Below, one piece after another: positions 51,112-60,018 of a DNA stretch of 64,000 nt (position 1 is its first letter; each line of letters begins with the position of its first letter). The position numbers and the translations under genes are program-made. This stretch comes from Chloroflexota bacterium. GTDB lineage: Bacteria > Chloroflexota > Dehalococcoidia > JACVQG01 > JAHKAY01. The notes beneath the pieces were generated by a model. It searched no databases. It had not been told where the DNA came from and worked only from the letters and a program-made list of their open reading frames with translations. The stretch is taken from assembly GCA_018825785.1 (NCBI GenBank), contig JAHKAY010000006.1:42332-106331 (forward strand). The letters run 5' to 3'.

Positions 51112-53141
51112 TTCTTCCTCTCCTCAAGTGTCTTCTTCGGCAGATGTTTTGGTCTGAATATGATTGACGGCATTGTGGTTGATGAATACGCGAAACCGAC
51201 GGCCTCTTGAGTATCTCCGTATTTTGCCCTCAGTTCTTCCATCGCGCCAGTGTCCAGGGCCCGCATAATGCAGGCATCTACGCAGATAGGATTCTTGTTC
51301 TGTTCCAGCCTGTCCAGACAGAAGTCACATTTCTGCATCTTGGCCCCGTTTTCGGCTCCAAACTGCGGGGCATGATAAGGGCATGCTCTGAGGCAGAGCC
51401 TGCCGGCACAGTTCATGCATCTCTTGGCTTCGGCAATGGCCTTCTCCTCAGCGTACCCTCGCCCTATCTCACTGAAACTGCGGACCCTCTCCTGCGCTGT
51501 AAGCTTAGGCATATCTTGCCGCTTTTCCTTGAGCAGGTCAGCCGGTATCTCAACCTTGATATCAGCGGCTGTGAGGGGGACATCTATGCGGCTCTCTTTC
51601 AGAACCTCTCCCTTCAGATAGCGGTCGATATAGTGTGCAGCCCTTTGGCCAGCAGCAACAGCATCAATAATCCAGGCCGTTCCTGTGACTGCATCTCCCC
51701 CGGCGAAGATGCCAGGATGGCTGGTTTCCAGAGTCTCCGGGTCTATGGCGATGGTGCCCTTCCTTGTTACCTTGATGTTTGTGCCTGCCAAGAGTGAGGC
51801 CAGGTCTGGAGATTGCCCGATGGCGAATATGATTGTGTCCACTGACAAGACATGCTCGGACCCTTCAATGGCCTTGATGTGCAGCCTCCCATCCTTGTCA
51901 AACTCCATCCGCTGCAACCTAAGGCACTCGACGCCAGTGGCATTACTGTCCTGGCAGACAATCCTGTTGAAGGTAAGCGAGGGGTAGATGACGATTCCCT
52001 CCTCTTCAGCTTCAGCAATGTCGGAGCGCATGGCCGGCATCTTTTCTCGGGACTCGAGGCATGCCACTGCCACCTCTTGTGCCCCCAGGCGAAGAGCCAC
52101 GCGAGCACAATCAATGGCTACATTGCCACCTCCAAGCACTAAAACCCTTTTCCCCAGCTTTGTCTTGTTGCCCAGGTTTACGTGGCGCAGGAATGCGCTA
52201 CCTACCAGGACATTGCTAGCTTCAGCGCCAGGAATGGGTAGCTTATGCCCTTTGTGGGCCCCCACTGCAATGAAGATGGCTTCGTAGCCCTGGCGAGAAA
52301 GGTCGTCCAAAGTCATGTCTTTACCTATAGCCGTGCCGGTCTTGATTTGTATCCCCAAACCTTCAAGATACCTGATGTCACGGTTTAGCACCTGTCTCGG
52401 CAGGCGATAGCGAGGAATACCGACCGCGAGCATGCCCCCTATAACAGGGAGTGCCTCAAAGATTGTAGCCTTGTAGCCCTTTCTTATGAGGTCGTAGGCC
52501 GCGGAAAGCCCTGCTGGCCCTGAGCCAATAATGGCCACACTCTGGCCTTCTGGTCTGGGAAGAGGAGGCGTCTCCTCGTCAGCTACGGCGTCATAAGCAA
52601 ATCGTTTGAGGTCTCTGATGGCCAGGGACTCATCGGCTTCGCTTCTCTTGCACGCCGTTTCACACGGCCGGGAGCACACCCTGCCCAAAACGCCAACCAA
52701 AGGCAGTTTCTCCCTCATCAAATCTAAAGCTTCCTTAAACCTGCCCTTGCTAATCAAGGCGATATAGCCCGGTACATCCACATGGGCGGGGCAGGTTACC
52801 TCACACGAAGATACATCTATTTCGCCATTTCCGTTGCTGGCAGTTATGCCGCAGCGCGCGCTTTCCCGACACCTTCCCCTGTCCACTACGACTACGCCGT
52901 CAGCTTCTCTCTTGGTTATCGCTTGCGCGGGACAGACTACGGCGCAGAGAGGGTCCTTGCAATGGCAGCATGTGGTGGAAAGGTAGGCCAAGAAGGGCTG
53001 AGGGAATTTGCCTCCCTCAAACGGAATTACTCTCCGCCAATGAGCTGGCCCGGCAGGTATATCATGCCAGTCTTTACATGCTACGCAGCAGGTAAAGCAC
53101 CCGATGCACCTGGTCTGGTCAAAGTAGAAACCCTTTTGCAT
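51108..53141 (-). CDS. fusion protein: DmsB-type four-cluster ferredoxin interrupted by a GltD-like FAD/NAD(P)H oxidoreductase module
   Basis: 677 aa in three parts. Residues 1 to ~95 carry CIGCFTCCVAC and CCHCKDPLCAVVCP (DmsB groups I-II). Residues ~110-560 carry CPAHVDVPGYI...GRVCSRPCETAC, VAIIGSGPAGLSAAYDL, LGGGNVAIDCA and GIFAGGD (GltD-like). Residues ~590-677 carry CMNCAGRLCLRACPYHAP and CDFCLDRLEQNKNPICVDACIMRAL (DmsB groups III-IV). It overlaps the Mo-subunit gene by 4 nt. Confidence 0.75.
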   Translation of the reverse strand: MQKGFYFDQTRCIGCFTCCVACKDWHDIPAGPAHWRRVIPFEGGKFPQPFLAYLSTTCCHCKDPLCAVVCPAQAITKREADGVVVVDRGRCRESARCGITASNGNGEIDVSSCEVTCPAHVDVPGYIALISKGRFKEALDLMREKLPLVGVLGRVCSRPCETACKRSEADESLAIRDLKRFAYDAVADEETPPLPRPEGQSVAIIGSGPAGLSAAYDLIRKGYKATIFEALPVIGGMLAVGIPRYRLPRQVLNRDIRYLEGLGIQIKTGTAIGKDMTLDDLSRQGYEAIFIAVGAHKGHKLPIPGAEASNVLVGSAFLRHVNLGNKTKLGKRVLVLGGGNVAIDCARVALRLGAQEVAVACLESREKMPAMRSDIAEAEEEGIVIYPSLTFNRIVCQDSNATGVECLRLQRMEFDKDGRLHIKAIEGSEHVLSVDTIIFAIGQSPDLASLLAGTNIKVTRKGTIAIDPETLETSHPGIFAGGDAVTGTAWIIDAVAAGQRAAHYIDRYLKGEVLKESRIDVPLTAADIKVEIPADLLKEKRQDMPKLTAQERVRSFSEIGRGYAEEKAIAEAKRCMNCAGRLCLRACPYHAPQFGAENGAKMQKCDFCLDRLEQNKNPICVDACIMRALDTGAMEELRAKYGDTQEAVGFAYSSTTMPSIIFRPKHLPKKTLEERKK

Positions 53142-53287
53142 AGTTGCTCCTTAACTCCCTTGCTCCAGGCTAGTTTCTGAGCCTTGATTGTCTCTGGCAC
53201 CTCAGACTCTTCCCCAAAAACTGGCACTCCTGCAGGCCGCCGCAACAGGCCGCTCAGCCCTGGCGAGCCTCCCAAGGCAGGTGCAGT

Positions 53288-54304
53288 CTAGATATATCTG
53301 CCCACTGAATTGGCAATTGACTTGAGTTCTTCCATCAACCTGGCAAAATCTGATGGTGTGAGAGACTGAAGGCCATCCACCAGGGCTTCCTTCGGGTTGG
53401 GGTGAACCTCTATAAGAAGCCCATCGGCGCCGGCAGCCACAGCGGCCTTGGCTATCGCTGGAACCAGCGAGTAGTGGCCAGCGGCGTGGCTGGGGTCAAC
53501 AATGACCGGCAAGTGGCTGTATCTCTTGACTACCGGTATAGAAGAAATATCCAGAGAAAAGCGAGTGCTGTCCTCAAATGTTCTGATTCCCCTCTCACAG
53601 AGAATAACCCTGTTGTTTCCCCCTGCCAGTATGTAGTCGGCCGCTGTCAGCCACTCGGTAACAGTGCACGAGAATCCACGCTTCAACACTACAGGGTACC
53701 TGCTCCTGCCAACAGCAGATAGCAGGGCAAAGTTCTGCATATTTCGAGAACCAATTTGGAGAATGTCAGCATACTTAGATACCATGCTGACATCGTGGGG
53801 GTCTACCAGTTCGGTAATCACTGGCAAACCCCACTTGTCGCTGGTCCGCGCCAGCAATTCCAGGCCTGCTTTCTCTAAGCCCTGAAAGCTGAAAGGAGAG
53901 GTACGCGGTTTGAAGGCACCACCGCGCAAAATACAGGCCCCCGACTCTTTCACTATCTTGGCTGCCTTCATGAGTTGCTCTTCATTCTCGACAGCACAAG
54001 GCCCTGCCATTACTACAACGCGCCTGCCCCCAATCTGAATACCGTCTACGGAAACCAGGCTGTCCTCCGCCTTGAATTCCCTGGAGGCAAGCTTGTAGGG
54101 CTTCATAATCCGGGTTACTTTCTCCACCCCAGGGAGCACGGCAAGAATATCTGTAGACAATTGCCCTGTACTGCTTCCCAATACGGCGACCACCGTTTTG
54201 TTAGTGCCAACGTTCAGCTGGACGTCTAGTCCCAGCGACTTGGCCTTCTGCACTACACCATCTATCTCTTCTGGGGTGGCCCCCATTCTCATTTCTACAA
54301 TCAT
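53288..54304 (-). CDS. aroF: 3-deoxy-7-phosphoheptulonate (DAHP) synthase, type I-beta with an N-terminal ferredoxin-like regulatory domain
   Basis: 338 aa. MIVEMRMGATPEEIDGVVQKAKSLGLDV... is the regulatory domain. It is followed by VVVMAGPCAVENEEQLMKAAKIVKESGACILRGGAFKPRTSPFSFQGL. The length and architecture match the Thermotoga-type enzyme as I remember it. Confidence 0.85.
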   Translation of the reverse strand: MIVEMRMGATPEEIDGVVQKAKSLGLDVQLNVGTNKTVVAVLGSSTGQLSTDILAVLPGVEKVTRIMKPYKLASREFKAEDSLVSVDGIQIGGRRVVVMAGPCAVENEEQLMKAAKIVKESGACILRGGAFKPRTSPFSFQGLEKAGLELLARTSDKWGLPVITELVDPHDVSMVSKYADILQIGSRNMQNFALLSAVGRSRYPVVLKRGFSCTVTEWLTAADYILAGGNNRVILCERGIRTFEDSTRFSLDISSIPVVKRYSHLPVIVDPSHAAGHYSLVPAIAKAAVAAGADGLLIEVHPNPKEALVDGLQSLTPSDFARLMEELKSIANSVGRYI

Positions 54305-54548
54305 GGCGTCCTACTGTACCCCCATACGAGTCGAATTTCCCGTTTCAGTTTCTCACCAAGCTGTCCACATCCACACGTCAGCATTAGCGATAATATTACA
54401 CCCAGGTTCTAGCCGTCAAGCTAATCCCTGGTCTCACAAGGAGGAAAAGCCACGTCAAAAAATCTCTGCAACTGTTTCATCGTTGTTCAGTAGCCCAGTC
54501 CCACGTTCTTGGGGACTCCACCCTCTTCCAGGGGCCGGGGCAGGCCCT

Positions 54549-55781
54549 TCAGGAAGGGGGCTGAAGCTCCCCCCACAGCCCCTGAGGGTGAAGGCCCGCC
54601 AGCCGGGCCCGGCGCACCTGGTTGGCCAGGGGCTCCTGGCTCCGCGCGAAGACGCGGAGGTAGCTGGGGGTATGGCCCGTCCACACCCCCTTTCTCTCCC
54701 TCTTCTCAAAGAGCACGGGCATCTCCTGCCCCAGGAACCTCTCTCTATGGGCAGCAAAGCATTCCTCCGCCAGGAGGAGCATCTTCTGGACACGGGCCTG
54801 CTGGGCCTTTTCCAGCCCCGGGGGGAGGGCCGCGGCCCTGGTACCGGGGCGGGGGGAGTAGGGGAAGACATGGATGCGTGCAAAGCCCAGCTCCCGGCAC
54901 AGGGTGAGGCTCTCCTCAAATTCCCTCTCCCCTTCCGCGGGGAAGCCCACCATGATGTCGGTGGTGATGGCCAGCCCCGCCACCTCCCGGCGCAGGGCCT
55001 CCACCTTTGAGGCGAATTCAGGGAAGGTATAAGGCCTCCCCATGGCCTCCAGGACCCGGTCGCTCCCGCTCTGGAGGGGAAGGTGCAGGTGGGGGCAGAG
55101 GCGGGGGTCCTGCAGGAGGGAGAGAAGCTCCGGCCCTATCTCCTGCGGCTGGAGGGAGGAGAGGCGCACCCTGCCAATCCGGGTCTTCCTCAGGACCTGG
55201 GCCAGGAGGCCGGGAAGGGAGGTGCCGTTCCAGCGGTAGGCCCCCACCCGGGTCCCGGTGAGGACCACCTCGCGGTAGCCCTCCTCCTCCCGGGCCTTCA
55301 CCTCCCGGAGGATAGCCTCAGGGGAGAGGCTTCTCTCCCGCCCCCGGATGGCGGGCACGACGCAATAGCTACAGTGCAGGTTGCATCCGTCCTGCACCTT
55401 CACCAGGGCCCGGGTCCGGTGGTGGGGATGGGGAGGGCTGCTCCCTGAGGGTGGGACTATTCCTGCCAGAAGTTCCGGGAGCCTTTCTTTCTCCTCCTGG
55501 GGCACCACCAGGTGGGCCAGCCCGGAAAGCTCCTGCGGGTCCCGTTGGGCGTAGCAGCCGGTGGCCACCACCAGGGCCTGGGGGTTCTCCCTGCGGACGC
55601 GCCGCAGGAGATGGCGGGCCTTGGCATCTGCCTCCCGGGTAACGGTGCAGGTGTTCACGATGTAGGCCCGGGCCGTCTCCCCACCCAGGACATAGCCAGA
55701 TTTCTCCAGACGTCGGCAGAGCTCCTCGCCTTCCGCCTGGTTCAGCTTGCAGCCCAGGGTGATAAGGGATATCCCGGCCAT
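54549..55781 (-). CDS. mtaB: tRNA (t6A37) methylthiotransferase MtaB / MiaB-like radical SAM enzyme
   Basis: 410 aa. The UPF0004 N-domain is ISLITLGCKLNQAEGEEL...YIVNTCTVT. The radical SAM motif is GCNLHCSYC. A TRAM-like C-terminus follows. Confidence 0.8.
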   Translation of the reverse strand: MAGISLITLGCKLNQAEGEELCRRLEKSGYVLGGETARAYIVNTCTVTREADAKARHLLRRVRRENPQALVVATGCYAQRDPQELSGLAHLVVPQEEKERLPELLAGIVPPSGSSPPHPHHRTRALVKVQDGCNLHCSYCVVPAIRGRERSLSPEAILREVKAREEEGYREVVLTGTRVGAYRWNGTSLPGLLAQVLRKTRIGRVRLSSLQPQEIGPELLSLLQDPRLCPHLHLPLQSGSDRVLEAMGRPYTFPEFASKVEALRREVAGLAITTDIMVGFPAEGEREFEESLTLCRELGFARIHVFPYSPRPGTRAAALPPGLEKAQQARVQKMLLLAEECFAAHRERFLGQEMPVLFEKRERKGVWTGHTPSYLRVFARSQEPLANQVRRARLAGLHPQGLWGELQPPS

Positions 55782-55829
55782 CGCCCCATTATATGTTTGA
55801 GAAGGAAGGGGGACAAGCTGGCCTGCTTT

Positions 55830-55838
55830 TGTTAGAAT
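55830..55838 (+). promoter_or_regulatory. extended -10 element (TGTTAGAAT) for a near-leaderless birA transcript
   Basis: TGT-TAGAAT spans 55830-55838. It ends 11 nt before ATG 55850, with no SD between them. Confidence 0.4.
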
Positions 55839-55849
55839 CTACCCAGACT

Positions 55850-56596
55850 ATGGCTGAGGAGCGGATCATAGGGAGAAGGCTCCTCCACTACTCCGGCCTT
55901 CCTTCCACCATGGAGGTGGCGGCCCGGGAGGCGCGGCGCGGGGGTGAGGAGGGGATGGTGGTGTGGGCCGATGAACAGCTCTCAGGCCGGGGCAGGAGGG
56001 GGCGGGGTTGGGTTTCCCCGAGAGGTGGCCTGTTCCTCTCCATCGTGCTCCGTCCCACCCTTCCCCAGCTCCCTTCCCTGCTCATGCTGGCCTCGGTGGC
56101 GCTGGTGCGGGTGCTGGAGAGGCTTTTCGGCCTCCCCGCCCGGCTCAAGTGGCCCAATGATGTCTTGATAGGAGGGAAAAAGGTCGCTGGCATCCTGGTG
56201 GAGACCTCCTTCCGGGGGGAGGTCCTGGAATACGCCGTCGTTGGCATCGGCCTCAATGTGAACCTGGACCCCGAGAGATACCCCGAGATTTCAGACACTG
56301 CCACCAGCCTTTCCCGGGAGCTGGGCCGGGGGGTGGGCCTGGGACAGACCCTGGAGGTCCTGCTGGAGGAACTGGACGGGCTATACCGGGGGCTGAGGTC
56401 GGGGAGGGAGGTGTTTGAGGAGTGGAGGGGCTATCTGGAGACCCTGGGCCAGAGGGTAAAGGTCATCGGGGTGGGGGTGGAGGAGGAGGGGGTTGCCCAG
56501 GATGTGACCCCCGATGGCCGCCTTCTCCTATTGCGAAAGGACGGCCATCGGGTGGAGGTCCCCGCCGGGGAGGTCAGACTGCTCCACCAGGGATAG
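55850..56596 (+). CDS. birA: biotin--[acetyl-CoA-carboxylase] ligase
   Basis: MAEERIIGRR...ADEQLSGRGRRGRGWVSPRGGLFLSIVLRP carries the GRGRxGRxW motif. I place the start at ATG 55850. Confidence 0.85.
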   Translation: MAEERIIGRRLLHYSGLPSTMEVAAREARRGGEEGMVVWADEQLSGRGRRGRGWVSPRGGLFLSIVLRPTLPQLPSLLMLASVALVRVLERLFGLPARLKWPNDVLIGGKKVAGILVETSFRGEVLEYAVVGIGLNVNLDPERYPEISDTATSLSRELGRGVGLGQTLEVLLEELDGLYRGLRSGREVFEEWRGYLETLGQRVKVIGVGVEEEGVAQDVTPDGRLLLLRKDGHRVEVPAGEVRLLHQG

Positions 56597-56603
56597 TGCG
56601 CCT

Positions 56604-57815
56604 CTAATAGCTGAAGACCGGGATTTCCACCTGGGTCACCATGCCCGGCTTCACCAGGACCATCCTGCCCGACGAGAGCATGAGGGGCGTCAGGGGATTG
56701 TCTGGACTGAAGTCTATCCAGTAGACCCCTTCCTTCACGGTGAAGCTGGCGATGCCCGAGGCATTGGTCTTTGCCACCCCGGCATCGGGGGGGTCCAGAG
56801 GGGAGACATCGCGCCAGAGCGCCATTCCCATATTGGGGACAGGCTTGCCGTCGGTAGCGACCAGCTTTACCTGGAGAAGGGTCTGCCCTGCGGGAGAAGC
56901 GCTGACCGCCATTGGGGCGGGGGGAAACACAGCGGGGGTACCTTCCCCGCTGAGGATGCCGTTCAGGGCTATTGCGTGATAAACGAGCGCAATAATTCCG
57001 AAGCTCTCCAACGGTCCCTCGCTCATCCCCATAATCCAGAGGGCCTTCAGGACAGGGTCGTTTGAAGCCCCCACGGCCTTGTCCGCCTCCGCCCGCAGTT
57101 GGGCCTCAGTATACTGATAGTTCGACAGTAGCCCGAGTTGCTGTCTGTAGGGGTCCATGAACAGCAGGTCCGTAACCTTAGCATAGGCCTGGAGAGTGGC
57201 CAGGCTCCCGGGGAGTCCCTGCCCCCCCTGGGCCAGAGCCAGCTGGCTTTCCAGACTCTGGACCCTGGCCAGGGCAGCCTGGAGGTCGGCCCTGGCCAGG
57301 GTATAGTCGGCCGTAGTCTGTGCCAGGTCCGCCCTGGCCTTGTCTAGGCTGGCTTTTGCCGAGCCCAGCTCGGACTGCAGGTCCCTGGCCTGGGCCAAGC
57401 CCAGGCTCACGTCTCCCTCCAGCTTCTGGGCCCTGGCCTGGGCTGCGGCCAGGTCAGCCTTGGCCTTGTCGGAGTCCGCCCTGACCTGGACCAGGTCATT
57501 TCTGGCCTTGTCCCTCTCAGCGATAGCCGAGGTGTAGTCGTTCTGGAGGGACTGTACCCTGGCCTGGGCCGTGGCGAGGTCCGCCTTGGCCTTATCGGAG
57601 TCCGCCTTTGTCTGGGCCAGGTCGGCGTTGGCCTTGTCCAGGCTGGCCTTCGCCGAGACAAGCTGTGCCCCGAGGTCCGTGGCCTGGGCCTGGGCTGTGG
57701 CCAGGTCTGCCCTGGCCTTGTCGTATTCCGTTTGGGGGACTCCTCTGGAGCAGGACGTCGTCATGAGGAGCCCCAAGGCTATAGCGAGCAGAAGGAACCC
57801 GTTCCAGCCTTTCAC
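56604..57815 (-). CDS. lipoprotein with a long repetitive coiled-coil region and a C-terminal Ig/carboxypeptidase-regulatory-like domain
   Basis: 403 aa. The lipobox is LLMTTSC. Imperfect repeats of about 42 aa follow (ADLATAQA...SAKASLDKA.ADLAQTKADSDKAK). The C-terminus reads LLQVKLVATDGKPVPNMGMALW...ASGIASFTVKEGVYWIDF. Confidence 0.6.
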   Translation of the reverse strand: MKGWNGFLLLAIALGLLMTTSCSRGVPQTEYDKARADLATAQAQATDLGAQLVSAKASLDKANADLAQTKADSDKAKADLATAQARVQSLQNDYTSAIAERDKARNDLVQVRADSDKAKADLAAAQARAQKLEGDVSLGLAQARDLQSELGSAKASLDKARADLAQTTADYTLARADLQAALARVQSLESQLALAQGGQGLPGSLATLQAYAKVTDLLFMDPYRQQLGLLSNYQYTEAQLRAEADKAVGASNDPVLKALWIMGMSEGPLESFGIIALVYHAIALNGILSGEGTPAVFPPAPMAVSASPAGQTLLQVKLVATDGKPVPNMGMALWRDVSPLDPPDAGVAKTNASGIASFTVKEGVYWIDFSPDNPLTPLMLSSGRMVLVKPGMVTQVEIPVFSY

Positions 57816-57844
57816 CTTTCCCCCTTTATGAAGTTACTAGGTCC

Positions 57845-58609
57845 CTAAGATGACTTCTTCACCCTTTCCATGAAGGCGGTCATGATATCTATGGGCAGGG
57901 GGAAGACAATGGTGTTGGTCTTCTCCGTAGCGATGGTGGTCAGGGTCTGGAGGTAGCGGAGCTGGAGGGCCGCCGGCTCGGTGGCGATGACGTGGGCGGC
58001 ATCGGCCAGCTTCTGGGCAGCCTGGTATTCGCCCTCGGCGTGGATTACCTTGCCCCGCCGCTCCCGCTCGGCCTCAGCCTGGGCGGCCATGGCCCGCTGC
58101 ATCGACGGGGGCAGCTCTACATCCTTCACCTCCACCGCCGTTACCTTCATCCCCCATGGGGCGGTGTGCTCGTCGATGATCTCGCGGATGGCCAGGTTGA
58201 GCTTCTCCCGGTGGGCCAGGAGCTCGTCCAGGTCCGACTTCCCCAGGACGCTGCGGAGGGTGGTCTGGGCGATCTGGAAAGTGGCCGCACGGAAGTCCGC
58301 CACCTCAATAATGGAGGCCTCGGGGTGGATGACCCGGAAGAAGATGATGGCGTCCACCTTGAGGGTGACATTGTCTTTTGTGATGACCTCCTGGGCGGGG
58401 ACATTGATGACCACCACCCGGGTATCAATCTTGCGCATGGTGTCCACAAAGGGGATGATGATGCGGATGCCGGGGGGCCGGGTCCCCACCAGCCTCCCCA
58501 GGCGGAAGACTACCCCTGCCTCATACTGCCAGACAACCCTGATGGTGGCGGGCAGGAGTACGATGAGGACGAAGAGGACGATAACACCGAAGAGTAAGAA
58601 ATTATTCAT
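57845..58609 (-). CDS. SPFH/band 7 (stomatin/prohibitin-like) membrane protein
   Basis: 254 aa. It has an N-terminal TM helix and TKDNVTLKVDAIIFFRV...QTTLRSVLG...ERERRGKVIHAEGE. Confidence 0.88.
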   Translation of the reverse strand: MNNFLLFGVIVLFVLIVLLPATIRVVWQYEAGVVFRLGRLVGTRPPGIRIIIPFVDTMRKIDTRVVVINVPAQEVITKDNVTLKVDAIIFFRVIHPEASIIEVADFRAATFQIAQTTLRSVLGKSDLDELLAHREKLNLAIREIIDEHTAPWGMKVTAVEVKDVELPPSMQRAMAAQAEAERERRGKVIHAEGEYQAAQKLADAAHVIATEPAALQLRYLQTLTTIATEKTNTIVFPLPIDIMTAFMERVKKSS

Positions 58610-58618
58610 GCTTACCTC

Positions 58619-59908
58619 CTATTTCTTCTTTCGTATAACCGAGAGCTTCAGGCCCTCCAGGCGCTGGATGATGACCTCCTCTCTCTCTTGAATGGGCCCC
58701 TCCAGGCTGACGGCCTCCCACAGCTCGCCGTGGGCCAGGACAGTGCCCCCGGGGTTAAGGGGGGTCTTGGCCACCGCTGTAATGCCGGCCATGCCCTCCC
58801 TCCCTGTCTGCTGAGGTTGGCGGTGGGTGCGCACTACCGCGGAGATGGCGAAGAAGAAGAACGCCCCCAGACCCAGGGCCATCCCCACCACCAGCCAGCG
58901 GTTGACGGTGAAGGCAGTTCCGCTAAAGAGCAGAAAGGAGCCCATCAGCATGGAAGTTACACCTCCTGCGGCCAGAAGGCCGTGACTGGGGACAAAGGCC
59001 TCCGCCACCAGCATAGCGAAGGCCAGGAACATAAGCAATACCCCTGTCCAGGAGGCCCCCAGTATCCCCAGGGAGTATAGGGAGAGGAACAGGGCAATCC
59101 CACCCACCACCCCCGGGAGGATGGCCCCAGGGTTGGAGAACTCCACCGCTATCCCCAGGAGGGCCAGGGAAAGGAGGATATAGGCAATATTGGGGTCGCT
59201 GATAGCGTGGAGGAAGCGCTCGGCAAAGGTCATGGGGACTCGGTTTACTTCCGCCCCACGGGTGTGTAGGGTGGTCGTTGCATAGCCACTGAGGGTTATC
59301 TGGCGCCCCTCCAGCCTGTCCAGGAGTTCAGAGAGGTTTTCCGCCCGCAGGTCAATGAGGTTCAGTTCCAGGGCCTCATTGTCAGTCTTGGCCAGGCTCT
59401 GGCGCACCATGTCTTCCGCCGCTTCCACATTCCTCCGGCGCTCCTGGGCGATGCTGCGGATGGTGGAAGCCAGGGCGTTGACAAGCTTCTCCTCCTGGGG
59501 CTGGGGGAGCTCATCGGCACCGCCTATGGTAACCGGGTGGGCGGCGCCGATGAAGGTCCCCGGGGCCATGGCGGCGACGTGGCCGGCCAGGGTGATAAAG
59601 GCCCCCGCCGACCCCGCCCAGGCCCCGGCAGGGGAGACATAGACAACTACCGGCACCGTGCTGTTGAGGATGGCCTCTACGATGACCTGTGTGGTGGTGG
59701 TCAGCCCGCCGGGGGTGTCCAGCTCAATTACCAGGGCCTGGGCCCCGTCCTGGGCATGGTCTATCCCTCGCTGGATATAGTCGGCCACCACGGGGACGAT
59801 GGAGCCATTCACCTTTATCACATCTACCCGGGGAGGGGCCCCCTCGGCCTCCAGGGGCAAAAGGAAGGCCACCGCTAGCAGAAAGAAAGCCAGGTAAAGT
59901 CTTCTCAT
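58619..59908 (-). CDS. nfeD: NfeD-family membrane-bound ClpP-class serine protease (stomatin operon partner)
   Basis: 429 aa. It has a signal peptide, a ClpP-like domain (LDTPGGL...VVYVSPAGAWAGSAGAFI), a TM bundle and a C-terminal OB-like NfeD domain. It lies directly upstream of the SPFH gene. Confidence 0.85.
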   Translation of the reverse strand: MRRLYLAFFLLAVAFLLPLEAEGAPPRVDVIKVNGSIVPVVADYIQRGIDHAQDGAQALVIELDTPGGLTTTTQVIVEAILNSTVPVVVYVSPAGAWAGSAGAFITLAGHVAAMAPGTFIGAAHPVTIGGADELPQPQEEKLVNALASTIRSIAQERRRNVEAAEDMVRQSLAKTDNEALELNLIDLRAENLSELLDRLEGRQITLSGYATTTLHTRGAEVNRVPMTFAERFLHAISDPNIAYILLSLALLGIAVEFSNPGAILPGVVGGIALFLSLYSLGILGASWTGVLLMFLAFAMLVAEAFVPSHGLLAAGGVTSMLMGSFLLFSGTAFTVNRWLVVGMALGLGAFFFFAISAVVRTHRQPQQTGREGMAGITAVAKTPLNPGGTVLAHGELWEAVSLEGPIQEREEVIIQRLEGLKLSVIRKKK

Positions 59909-60018
59909 GCCTGTGCCTATTATATGGCACAGTATGCCGGAGTGCCAGCCTCAAGAGTTAAATTCATCACCGGGTTCCGGTTGAAGGGGCGGTGGTCTCG
60001 GAGTAGAATATTCCGAGC

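Noticed and set aside
53142-53287. I considered a Moco (moaA-motif) riboswitch upstream of the ferredoxin::GltD / Mo-subunit genes.
   Set aside because: The spacer contains GGGAGGCUCG and several stems. I cannot reproduce the conserved Moco-motif architecture from memory with any confidence. It may simply be the aroF terminator region. An Rfam cmsearch would decide.
57300-57700. Nucleotide tandem repeats could be taken for a non-coding satellite or CRISPR-like array.
   Set aside because: The repeats are imperfect and in frame, and they encode the 42-aa coiled-coil units of the lipoprotein gene.
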